64,000 nucleotides of DNA from Candidatus Hydrogenedentota bacterium (GTDB lineage: Bacteria; Hydrogenedentota; Hydrogenedentia; Hydrogenedentales; SLHB01): the NCBI GenBank assembly GCA_963674865.2, contig CAXXYE010000001.1, positions 32,001 to 96,000 of the forward strand. Direction: 5' to 3'. Each line of letters starts with the position of its first letter. The first letter of the stretch is position 1. Positions 1-8,392 of the stretch are shown here, piece after piece. The notes below the pieces were generated by a model, which worked only from the letters and a program-made list of their open reading frames with translations, searched no databases and was not told the origin of the DNA. Both the position numbers and the translations under genes were made by a program.

Positions 1-2
1 AG

Positions 3-725
3 ACCTTGGGCCAGTCCGGCTGGGTGCCCGGCGGGTTGCAGGAGCGGATGGATATTCTTCCGGAACAAGTGCTGAAGGCGGTTGAGTTTGCCTTGGCCTC
101 AAGAGGCCGGAAGCCCCTCGCGCAGGTTAATGATGGGCCGCAATACTCTGGTGTCGGATTTTACACAAGCCGTATCGCACCGGATGGGTTTCTAGAATGG
201 TATCCCGTTGTGCGCCGGCCGATGACCCGGACGGACTTTCTGAGGACCACCTACCGCGCCATGTGGCTGGAATTCCTCGATGCTCAGATGGATCCTACTA
301 TCGAGCAGGATAGTCTCCGGGCTCTTCTCCGGCATTACGTGGGCACAACGGGCGGCGACGTCGAGGCGTGGCGGGATGCGCTGGCAAGCGACTTCAGCTG
401 TTTGGCCGAACTGGCTGCGCGCGGGATCGGCGAAACGGAAGTCCTGCTGGACGTGCTTACTTCGCGGAAGGACCTGCAGGTGGCGAAGGAGATCGCGGCG
501 CGTCTCCATCGGCTCGACGAAGAGGTCCGCATCTTCGGGGAAATCCACGGGCCGTGCAAGCCGCTGGTCGTCATCTCCCGTTATGAAAGGGAGAATCTCG
601 AGGGCGCCGATGCTGTCATCCTCGCGCAGACGACGCTGGCGATCTATCACGATCTCCAGGCGCGTGCGCGCCTTATGCAGGCGAAGGTTGAGCGCGTGGC
701 CGGCCTGTGGGCTGCGTCAGGCTGA
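3..725 (+). CDS. 5'-truncated protein, possibly the C-terminal extension of a glycosyltransferase family 9 (heptosyltransferase-like) protein
   Basis: The frame is open to the window edge. DGFLEWYPVVRRP followed by a helical tail resembles the extended C-termini of some GT9 proteins. The catalytic domain is not in the window. Confidence 0.35.
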   Translation, partial: TLGQSGWVPGGLQERMDILPEQVLKAVEFALASRGRKPLAQVNDGPQYSGVGFYTSRIAPDGFLEWYPVVRRPMTRTDFLRTTYRAMWLEFLDAQMDPTIEQDSLRALLRHYVGTTGGDVEAWRDALASDFSCLAELAARGIGETEVLLDVLTSRKDLQVAKEIAARLHRLDEEVRIFGEIHGPCKPLVVISRYERENLEGADAVILAQTTLAIYHDLQARARLMQAKVERVAGLWAASG

Positions 726-750
726 GTGGAGTTAATACAGGGAGGGAAGG

Positions 751-1914
751 ATGTCGAAAACGGAGGCACATGAAGTACTTAGAGATGTGCACCACATCCA
801 CATTTGCGGCGACGCGGACACTTTCTGTGGACATCCGCGCCAGGGCGGGATCTTCAATTTCGGCAACAACGAGATAGCCGTTATCCACTATCACGCGCCC
901 TGTGCTTACCAAACGCGCGACGACGTCAGACACGATTTCGGAGGCTATCATTCGCGTGCAAAGGCGCTTCTACAGCGCTCGCTGGACGGCGGAGCGACGT
1001 GGCCGAGCGACCAAGAGGTCGTTATCTACGATGAGGCGCGGCCCCTCGAGGAGCGCCGGGGCTTTGTGGCTGCCACGGGGCCTCGCGAGGCGATAGACCT
1101 CTCGTCGCCGGATAGCGCCATCTACTTTGGCAGGACCTACGCCGGGCCGACGGACGACAAGCCGGAAATGGTGTGCTTCGCGCTTCGCTCTTCCGACCGC
1201 GGAAGGACATGGGAGAATGTCCCAGCGGTGATTCACCCGCCCGAGCGCCAGACATATGTTCATAAGGACGCGCATCCCATCGTTAGGATGCCTGACGGTA
1301 GTTTCCTGGCCGTCATGTCGGCTCGAGAGCCTAACCAAGTCGCACTCTACGGTAGTGATGACAACGGACTTACGTGGGAGTACCTGTCCAGAATCGCCGA
1401 TGATCCGACGGGGCAAGGCCGCCCAACCTATGCAGGATTGCTCAGGCTTTCCAATGGAACGCTCCAGGCATACACGCTTAACATTCACGGCCTGCGGAAC
1501 GCGATACAAGTCTCCGAATCGCGCGATGGCTACGCCTGGTCGGCGCCCCGGCCGATAGTCCGGTGGGGCGATTCGCCATGGGTGGCGAGGCGGGGCCAGG
1601 GCCAGTTCCGCTTCGGTATGTACTACCGCTCACCGTGGCCGATGCTGTTGGCGGATGGCCGGATTTTGGTGCTATTTGGGCGTCGCAAGCCGCCATTTGG
1701 GCTGGGTTGCATTCTCAGCGAGGATAATGGCGCCACGTGGAGTAGGGAATTCATTATCCGCTGTGACGCCGAGCATGGGGACTTGGGCTATCCCGTTGCT
1801 ACCGAACTCGACGACGGGCGCATCTTCACGGCGTATTACTTCAACCTTCCCGAAGGCCACACGCCTCGCGGTGCGCGCCGGTTTATTGCAGGCTCTTTCT
1901 TCCGGTTGTCTTAG
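751..1914 (+). CDS. Sialidase-like BNR/Asp-box beta-propeller protein, no signal peptide
   Basis: Five Asp-box motifs (RSLDGGATW, RSSDRGRTW, GSDDNGLTW, ESRDGYAW, LSEDNGATW), C-terminal DLGYP, and an upstream SD (GGGAGGG). Confidence 0.8.
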   Translation: MSKTEAHEVLRDVHHIHICGDADTFCGHPRQGGIFNFGNNEIAVIHYHAPCAYQTRDDVRHDFGGYHSRAKALLQRSLDGGATWPSDQEVVIYDEARPLEERRGFVAATGPREAIDLSSPDSAIYFGRTYAGPTDDKPEMVCFALRSSDRGRTWENVPAVIHPPERQTYVHKDAHPIVRMPDGSFLAVMSAREPNQVALYGSDDNGLTWEYLSRIADDPTGQGRPTYAGLLRLSNGTLQAYTLNIHGLRNAIQVSESRDGYAWSAPRPIVRWGDSPWVARRGQGQFRFGMYYRSPWPMLLADGRILVLFGRRKPPFGLGCILSEDNGATWSREFIIRCDAEHGDLGYPVATELDDGRIFTAYYFNLPEGHTPRGARRFIAGSFFRLS

Positions 1915-2665
1915 GCCAAGCCGGTTGAGGCGTGGCGGTGACTGCGCCACGCAGTGCGTTCACCAGGCAGGCCGATGTCCCTTTCGCGGTTTCGATCACC
2001 TCGTCGTGTGTTAAGACATGGGCGTCGCAGCAGTTGTTGGTAATGCAGGAGACGACTGCGGCGCGGATTCCCAGGGCTCGACAGCGCTCGAGTTCGGGCG
2101 CCGTGCTCATTCCGACCGCCATCGCCCCGAGCCTCTGCAAACCGATGATTTCGGCACGTGTTTCGTAAGACGGGCCGTGCACCCAAGCGGCTTCCCCCGT
2201 GAAGGGGCAGTCGGGGACGATGAAATCCGTTTTGAGGACCTCGGGCTGACTGCGCCAATGGCGGTAGGGCCACAGGCGCATGCGCGTGACGGACAGAAGT
2301 TGCCCGGGCGTCATTTCGGGGAGTAGTCCTCCCACGGCATTGGTGAACAAAATCGAGTGAACGCCAAGACCTCTCAGGATATCGACCGTACGCGCCGCCT
2401 TGTCCGGTGCATATCCCTCGTAGACGTGCAATCGGCCGCACTGAATGACAACGCGCAGGCCTGAACAGGTGCCCAGTAAGAAGCGGCTCTCATGTCCCGT
2501 CACAGTGGACCTCTCCAGACCCGGAAATGACTTGAACGGCCTCGCCTGCGTGACAGTATCCAGCAGTCCGGTCAGGTCGATGCCCGAGCCGGCCACAATG
2601 CCGACCTCGGCATTCGGTGCAGCGGATGATGGTGGGATCCGAGGATTCTCAGTGTCGCCACGCAA
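1883..2665 (-). CDS. punA: Purine-nucleoside phosphorylase (trimeric PNP/XapA type)
   Basis: Motifs GIVAGSG, GRLHVYEG, TNAVGGL, GPSYET, VGMSTAPE, ITN. The 3' end overlaps the convergent gene by 32 bp. Confidence 0.85.
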   Translation of the reverse strand: MRGDTENPRIPPSSAAPNAEVGIVAGSGIDLTGLLDTVTQARPFKSFPGLERSTVTGHESRFLLGTCSGLRVVIQCGRLHVYEGYAPDKAARTVDILRGLGVHSILFTNAVGGLLPEMTPGQLLSVTRMRLWPYRHWRSQPEVLKTDFIVPDCPFTGEAAWVHGPSYETRAEIIGLQRLGAMAVGMSTAPELERCRALGIRAAVVSCITNNCCDAHVLTHDEVIETAKGTSACLVNALRGAVTATPQPAWPKTTGRKSLQ

Positions 2666-2710
2666 GGTTATAGAATGGCCCTCTGGCGGCCCCTCCGCGG
2701 CGGCGGGGGG

Positions 2711-3733
2711 TCATACGTTCCAAGGTGTTGGGAAAAACAGCCGCTCGAACAGGTGAAGAGCGTAATTGTCCGTCATGCTGGCAATGAAGTCCACCACCCG
2801 GCGCTCGATATCGATACCTGGCTCTCCCTCCGATGGACAGGCCTCGGGGTGCTCGAGCAAATAGCGATAGAGTTCGCGGACGAGTTTCTTGGCCTTGTCG
2901 ATCTCGCGGCTAATGGCGTCGCACGGATACACATACTCGAAAAGATAGGAGCGCAGCATCTGGATGGCTTCGCGGGTCGCGGGGGTGATGCCGATCAGCC
3001 CTTCGCAGCTCCCTTCGATAAGGCCCATAACCATTGTGTTGATGCGTTCGGACGTGGTCCGTCCGATGAGTGCCACCGCATCCTTCGGCAGGTCCTCGAC
3101 TGTGATAAGGCCGCCCCGGATGGCGTCGTCGATGTCGTGACCTACGTAAGCAATGGCATCGCAAACGCTTACAATCTGTCCCTCAAGCGTGCCGCCCGGC
3201 TCGGGGGGCTTCCCTTCGAGGATGACCTTGTTGCGCGAGTGGCTGACAATGCCGTCGCGGACTTCCCACGTGAGGTTCAGCCCTGGGCCTTTTCCCCTTG
3301 TTTCGAGAACATCGACGACACGCAGGCTCTGTTCGTAATGGTTGAATCCCGGCTCATAGGCCTCGTCCAGGGTCGCTTCGCCCGCGTGGCCGAAAGGGGT
3401 GTGTCCAAGATCGTGCCCCAGAGCGATGGCCTCGGTGAGGTCTTCATTAAGGAACAGGGCGCGTGCCACGGTACGGGCAATTTGGCTCACTTCGAGGGTA
3501 TGCGTCAGCCGTGTGCGGTAATGATCGCTTTCGGCTGCGAGGAAGACCTGCGTTTTCCGCTTGAGCCGGCGAAACGCTTTGGCGTGGATGATGCGGTCGC
3601 GGTCCCGCTGAAAGGCTGTCCTGTAGTCATGCTCTTTCTCGGGATTCTGGCGGCCGCGGGTAGCGCACGCGAGGGTGGCGTGCGGACTCAGGATTTCGCG
3701 CTCACGCGCTTCGAGTTGTTCGCGTATCGTCAC
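2711..3733 (-). CDS. dgt: Deoxyguanosinetriphosphate triphosphohydrolase-like protein (short HD-domain type)
   Basis: RTAFQRDRDRIIH, FRRLKRKTQVF, RTRLTHTLEV, HDLGHTPFGHAGE, DFIASMTD. Confidence 0.93.
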   Translation of the reverse strand: MTIREQLEAREREILSPHATLACATRGRQNPEKEHDYRTAFQRDRDRIIHAKAFRRLKRKTQVFLAAESDHYRTRLTHTLEVSQIARTVARALFLNEDLTEAIALGHDLGHTPFGHAGEATLDEAYEPGFNHYEQSLRVVDVLETRGKGPGLNLTWEVRDGIVSHSRNKVILEGKPPEPGGTLEGQIVSVCDAIAYVGHDIDDAIRGGLITVEDLPKDAVALIGRTTSERINTMVMGLIEGSCEGLIGITPATREAIQMLRSYLFEYVYPCDAISREIDKAKKLVRELYRYLLEHPEACPSEGEPGIDIERRVVDFIASMTDNYALHLFERLFFPTPWNV

Positions 3734-3742
3734 GTGGGGCGA

Positions 3743-4474
3743 TTACTTGCCTTTCGAGAGACGCTTGGCCAATTCGGGGGGGAGGCCCGCCTTGAGCACT
3801 TTTCGCGCGCAACTCTCGATGTCGTATTCAACGCGGCAGAACTGGAAAGTCCTCTTCTCGGAGTCGTATAGGCCGAATGCGGCGCGCGGGTCCCGATCGC
3901 GCGGCTGGCCTACCGCGCCCGGATTGATGAAGTAGCGGTTGCCCGGACTCAACTGCTGAACACACGTGGTGTCGATAGCCTGCGTATTCCCCTTTTCCGA
4001 GAAAAACGAGGGCCGATGACTATGCCCGAAGAAGCACACATCCACCTCTCGGCCATTTAGATATTCCAGCTGACGCATGGCATCGAGCCAGTCGATGATA
4101 TAGTCGTCGCGACTGCTCGGCGAGCCGTGCACTCCCAGGCAAGTCCGGTTGAAGACGATTTGTTCCGGGGCCTTGGACAACCACTGCTTGTGTTCGTCGC
4201 GCACCTGCTCGAACTGCCACTCGATGGCTTCCTTTGCCGATGCACGAAAGAACCAGGGATCTTCCAGCCCGCACACCGCGGCGTCGTGGTTGCCCATGAT
4301 CGTCGGGATGTCGCGTTCACGGATGATGTCGATTACTTCGTTCGGATTGGCATTGTAACCGGTCAAGTCTCCAAGGCAGAAGACCTTGTCAGGGCGATGC
4401 TTATCGATCTCCCTGAAGACGGCTTGAACGGCCTCCAAGTTGGCATGAAGGTCAGCAACAATCGCTATGCGCAT
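3743..4474 (-). CDS. Calcineurin-like metallophosphoesterase
   Basis: DLHAN, LGDLTGY, GNHD, HGSP, GHSH, NPGAVGQPRD motifs. Confidence 0.9.
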   Translation of the reverse strand: MRIAIVADLHANLEAVQAVFREIDKHRPDKVFCLGDLTGYNANPNEVIDIIRERDIPTIMGNHDAAVCGLEDPWFFRASAKEAIEWQFEQVRDEHKQWLSKAPEQIVFNRTCLGVHGSPSSRDDYIIDWLDAMRQLEYLNGREVDVCFFGHSHRPSFFSEKGNTQAIDTTCVQQLSPGNRYFINPGAVGQPRDRDPRAAFGLYDSEKRTFQFCRVEYDIESCARKVLKAGLPPELAKRLSKGK

Positions 4475-4532
4475 TCAACAACTTTCTGAAAAACTAGATG
4501 CACGCAGTCCGTACAGAGGTCGCCTCCAGGCA

Positions 4533-5492
4533 TTAGCCGGTGGTCTTACCCTCCGTGCGGGCGCGTTCACCCTTCTCGATGATCCGGCGCAACTGGGCCA
4601 CCTTCTTGAGGGCGTGTTGGTTGCGCGGGTCGGCACTGAGGACCTCTTCCATACAATCCAGCGCCTCGCGATACTCGCGACGCTTAATATGTTGCACTCC
4701 GACGTTGTATTTCGTCGTGAGGAGCTTCCTGCGTATCCGGCCGGAATGCGGCGTCTTGTCCGCGGCAAGCCGATACTGCACAATTGCCGCGTCATAATTG
4801 CGTGTCTCGAAGTAGAAGTCACCCAGACTCTCTTCCTGGCTGAGCTGAGTGCTTTCCTCCTTATGCTTTTTCCGGGCTTCGCGCTTTTCGGCCAGCCGGG
4901 ACTTGTACTCCTCGGGCGTGAAGACGTTGGCGAGGGCGCTGCGCTCGACGAGCATACTTATATTATTGGACTTGGGGTCGTCGGGAATCAGGAAGAACCT
5001 GGGATCATCGGCTGAGTAGCGGTGCAATGTCCGTCCACGGATCACCTCGCTATCATCAAACTCCACGACGAGATCATTTCCTTCGGGAGTCCAATCGCGA
5101 TACCGAAGGTTCTTGTCGAACTTGCCATCGAAGCTCTTCACAAAGAACACGGCCTTCACATCCGAAAACCGTACGGCTTCGCTTTCGCCCATGGGGGCGA
5201 AGTTGTCATCGACCAAGTCCAAATGAAAACCGGAGTCCTTTGGGTTTAGCGCAAAACACACACCGTGCTGGACGCGCCCATCCTTGTACCGGACGACAAG
5301 CCGCTGCCGCACGAGTTTCTTGCGCTGGGCCTCATGTTTGCGCTCTTCTTCAAGCTGCCGTTGGATGGGGCGGTAATGCTTTCGGCAGTACAGTTGCCCC
5401 TCGTGTTCTGAGATGCACTCCTCACACCCAAGCTCACCGCAGACACAACAATACCCTACTATCTCATTATTCGGGTGGTGCGAGCACTTCAT
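4533..5492 (-). CDS. B-box-type zinc finger + duplicated beta-rich domain (DUF6982-like) + TPR protein
   Basis: N-terminal CSHHP..C-x2-C..C-x2-C..C-x2-H. Two related segments (RLVVRYKDGRVQHG / DLVVEFDDSEVIRG). C-terminal TPR-like helices (LGDFYFETRNYDAAIVQY; YNVGVQHIKRREYREAL). Confidence 0.65.
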   Translation of the reverse strand: MKCSHHPNNEIVGYCCVCGELGCEECISEHEGQLYCRKHYRPIQRQLEEERKHEAQRKKLVRQRLVVRYKDGRVQHGVCFALNPKDSGFHLDLVDDNFAPMGESEAVRFSDVKAVFFVKSFDGKFDKNLRYRDWTPEGNDLVVEFDDSEVIRGRTLHRYSADDPRFFLIPDDPKSNNISMLVERSALANVFTPEEYKSRLAEKREARKKHKEESTQLSQEESLGDFYFETRNYDAAIVQYRLAADKTPHSGRIRRKLLTTKYNVGVQHIKRREYREALDCMEEVLSADPRNQHALKKVAQLRRIIEKGERARTEGKTTG

Positions 5493-5566
5493 GACGCACT
5501 CCTTAGCCGGGGTTTCGGCCGGTGCACCGTCCCCCGTGTCGTGGAGTAACTGCCCTACCTATGAGA

Positions 5567-5595
5567 AAAGTACCACGAACGGCCACGTCTGTCAA
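5567..5595 (-). promoter_or_regulatory. Sigma70-type promoter for the 5492-1883 gene string
   Basis: TTGACA (5595-5590), 17-bp spacer ending in TGG (extended -10), then TACTTT (5572-5567). Confidence 0.6.
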
Positions 5596-5610
5596 AGGGC
5601 GAAAAGTACT

Positions 5611-5623
5611 TAACTCATTGATA
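5611..5623 (-). promoter_or_regulatory. IHF consensus binding site
   Basis: Minus strand reads TATCAATGAGTTA, an exact WATCAANNNNTTR match, inside an AT-rich patch 15 bp upstream of the -35 box. Confidence 0.55.
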
Positions 5624-5954
5624 ATAGTATATTTCCTTGGCCGCGTCCCTGGCGACTCTACACCGTCATTTCTTAAGGCAACGTGGTCGAAACGCGTGAA
5701 TTGTCTTCCTGGCCACGTCACGAAGCGTATTCTAGGGCACATCGTCTCAAAAAACAAGTTCAAGTGCTTGGCGAACGGCGTGAATGCTCACGAACAAAGG
5801 ACCTTGGCTGAGTCGCATCCGTCCTAGGCGGTGTTTGAAGATCGATGCCGTGCCGACTGCTAGGCGCGTTCACCGTGTGCTCGGTCACGATCCTCCAGTT
5901 TGCCGGCCGGAATCAGATACAGCTCGGCGGAATACCGGGGTTCTCAGACAAAAC

Positions 5955-7343
5955 CTAGATGTAGTCGGCCGCGGGGCTTGTTTCCGCTCTGAGGATATAA
6001 TCCCGGCGGGGGACAGATGTCTGTTGGGCCAGTCGCTCGCGGTAGTAAGCGTGTTCTATCGACTCGCAGAATCTCTCGACTTCGCCCGCCGGCACCAGAT
6101 TAACCGTACATCCTCCGAAGCCGGCGCCCGTAAGTCGTGCCCCTAAGGCGCCCTCCTGGCGCGCGAGGGCAACGAGAGTATCCAGCTCGGGGCAGCTAAT
6201 CCGGTAGTCCTCGGCGCAGCTCTGATGGGATGCGTTCATCAGCTCACCGAGGGCGGCGGCATCTCCCGCGAGCATCATGTCCCGGGCGCTTTCGACGCGC
6301 CTGTATTCCGTACGTTGGTGGCGGGCGCGCGCCTTTAGGCGAAAGCCCTCCTTTGGCTCCTCGAGATCTTCGAGCCACCGTTCGCGTATTGCCTCGGGAC
6401 TTAGTCCCAAGAACGTCCCCGCCTCGGACAGCGTAGTTGTCTTGCCGGGAAAAGTCTGCTCGAACACGCTTTCGGCCTCTCTATCAGTGAGGCAAAGCAT
6501 CCCGTTCCACAGGGCCCCGAGGCAGTTGATCTCTATTTCGGGATCCCAATGCTCCTGGAGGTGTTTTTCCACCATGGCGCGGATAAGCCGGCAGGTGAGG
6601 GGGCCTTCATTGTAGCGATGGAGCATATTTCCCGATTTCGCGGCTTTGACCAACGAGTTGCAGATCACGATGGCGCCGTCTTGCGGCAGCGACACGCGTT
6701 CGGCCCGCAGGGGGTAGAAGTCGATCTTGCAAGCGGCGCCCTTGTCCCCGAGCAGTATGATGGCCTGGTCCATGCCGCCGCCGCGAGTTCCCACATAGCG
6801 TTCCGCATCCGCCGCCAATTCCGCCAGCTCAAGGCGCGTGATATCACTCTCAAGCGTCTTACCGAGTAGCGCAAGGTACGCGAGCGCGCATGCTACGACG
6901 AGAGCCGATGAAGAGCTCAGGCCGACGGCGGTGGGTATGTCCCCGGCAACGCACATGTCCATGCCCGGGAAGCGCGATACGTCGAAGTGGTGGTTGAGTC
7001 CCTGCACCGCCGCCTTGCAGTAGTTGTCCCATATTCCACCCTCGGACGGGACGATGTCGGGGCCGTTGACAAACTCCCGCTCCGGATAGTCGTGGGTGCT
7101 GCTGCGCAGTCTGATCGTGCTGTCGGGCCGGGGAGCGAAGGCTACGGCAACGTCCCGATCAATTGTCATCGGTAGGACGGGCAGGCCGTTGTAGTCCGTA
7201 TGTTCCCCAATGAGGTTCACCCTGCCGGGGGCACGGCATACGCGGGGGGCGGGTGCGTCCGGAAAGGTGTTGTTGAATGCCGCAATAAGCTTCTCTACAT
7301 CCGTCACGTCGATGCCATCTCTCTGTGTTGTTACTTCACGCAA
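5955..7343 (-). CDS. galK: Galactokinase (GHMP kinase)
   Basis: APGRVNLIGEHTDYN, PTAVGLSSSSAL, GGMDQ, GARLTGAGFGGC. Confidence 0.9.
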   Translation of the reverse strand: MREVTTQRDGIDVTDVEKLIAAFNNTFPDAPAPRVCRAPGRVNLIGEHTDYNGLPVLPMTIDRDVAVAFAPRPDSTIRLRSSTHDYPEREFVNGPDIVPSEGGIWDNYCKAAVQGLNHHFDVSRFPGMDMCVAGDIPTAVGLSSSSALVVACALAYLALLGKTLESDITRLELAELAADAERYVGTRGGGMDQAIILLGDKGAACKIDFYPLRAERVSLPQDGAIVICNSLVKAAKSGNMLHRYNEGPLTCRLIRAMVEKHLQEHWDPEIEINCLGALWNGMLCLTDREAESVFEQTFPGKTTTLSEAGTFLGLSPEAIRERWLEDLEEPKEGFRLKARARHQRTEYRRVESARDMMLAGDAAALGELMNASHQSCAEDYRISCPELDTLVALARQEGALGARLTGAGFGGCTVNLVPAGEVERFCESIEHAYYRERLAQQTSVPRRDYILRAETSPAADYI

Positions 7344-7370
7344 TGCTGCAGCCGGTGCGAGCGTCGCGTG

Positions 7371-7399
7371 ATTGTAATGATAGGTATCCTCATCGTCAA
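7371..7399 (-). promoter_or_regulatory. Sigma70-type promoter of galK
   Basis: TTGACG (7399-7394), 17 bp, TACAAT (7376-7371). Confidence 0.55.
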
Positions 7400-7492
7400 C
7401 GCTTGCCGTGATAACTGCGGAACTTGTGGCTGCCGGCGGTGTTTGATCCCATGAAACATATGAGGATGCGTGGCCGAACTAGGAGAAAGATA

Positions 7493-8152
7493 ATGGGTAA
7501 GCACATTGGCGCAGTGGTCGTGATAGTGGCGGCATTGCTTATCTCAGCGGCGGTTGCCGCCGAGAAGCCGAGGGATTCACGGCCTCAGCGTGGAGCGATG
7601 ATGGAGAAAGTCGACGCCAACGGTGACGGCAACGTTACGCTTGAGGAGATCCAGGCGGTGCGTCCCGAGATGACGGCGGAGAAGTTCAAGCGCCTTGATC
7701 GCAATGGCGACGGTGTTCTCAACAAGGACGATCGTCCCCAAGAGCCGCGGGGCCGCCGCGCGGGACGGCCGGGCGAGGGACGGCCGCAGCTGCAAATGCT
7801 ACTCAAGAAGGCCGACGCGAACAAAGACGGCAGTGTTACGCTTGAGGAGATCCAGGCGGTACGTCCGGAGATGACGGCGGAGCGATTTGCCCACCTCGAC
7901 CTGAACCATGATGGCGTGGTTAACAAGGGCGATCGGCCCGAGGAAGGCAAGAGGGCCGCTCCATCTCGTTCCGCGGGCGCTTTGCCCCCGATGATGGACA
8001 TGCTTAAGGACGCCGATGCCAACGCCGATGGCGCGGTCACCCTCCAGGAATTACAGGCGGCTGTCTTGAAGCGGACGGCGGAACGATTCACCCGGCTTGA
8101 CCGCAACGGAGACGGTGTGATCTCCCAGGCCGACCGAAATGTGAAGAACTAG
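7493..8152 (+). CDS. Secreted multi-EF-hand calcium-binding protein
   Basis: Start moved to ATG 7493 behind SD AGGAG. Signal peptide, then six D-x-N-x-D-G loops (DANGDGN, DRNGDGV, DANKDGS, DLNHDGV, DANADGA, DRNGDGV) in three pairs. Confidence 0.85.
   Translation: MGKHIGAVVVIVAALLISAAVAAEKPRDSRPQRGAMMEKVDANGDGNVTLEEIQAVRPEMTAEKFKRLDRNGDGVLNKDDRPQEPRGRRAGRPGEGRPQLQMLLKKADANKDGSVTLEEIQAVRPEMTAERFAHLDLNHDGVVNKGDRPEEGKRAAPSRSAGALPPMMDMLKDADANADGAVTLQELQAAVLKRTAERFTRLDRNGDGVISQADRNVKN
7625..7882 (+). repeat. Intragenic direct repeat, two 57-bp copies (7625-7681 and 7826-7882), period 201 bp
   Basis: The copies differ at about 4 positions and both encode DG(N/S)VTLEEIQAVRPEMTAE. Confidence 0.9.
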
Positions 8153-8174
8153 AAGTTCCGAGCAATCGAGTAGA

Positions 8175-8208
8175 AGGCCTCCACGGCCCCCAGTGGCCGT
8201 GGGGGCCT
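8175..8208 (+). terminator. GC-rich hairpin after the EF-hand gene, likely terminator
   Basis: AGGCCTCCACGGCC / GGCCGTGGGGGCCT, 14-bp stem with one G-U pair. The U-tract is weak. Confidence 0.55.
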
Positions 8209-8392
8209 CGTGCTGCGTCTTTGTCTACTCCCTATGGCCTCGTGGGGGATTCGCCAAATCGGCGTGGCACTTTTCGCTCGCTTCGGGCATCATATTTGTG
8301 AGGACGATCCTCCATCAGCTCATGGAGTCTGTTCGGTTGGGGCCCGGGGACGCTCTTGCGAGTGGACTCACCGGCTCAACGGGAGGGATGTG

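Noticed and set aside
1883..4474. dGTPase + PNP + metallophosphoesterase as a definite antiphage system
   Set aside because: All three resemble common housekeeping subfamilies and no defence-island markers are nearby. Kept only as a testable possibility.
5581..5720. Three short GGCC(A/G)CGTC motifs in the intergenic region
   Set aside because: Only 9 bp, unevenly spaced and GC-rich. Too short for a CRISPR or iteron call, and no cas or rep gene is present.
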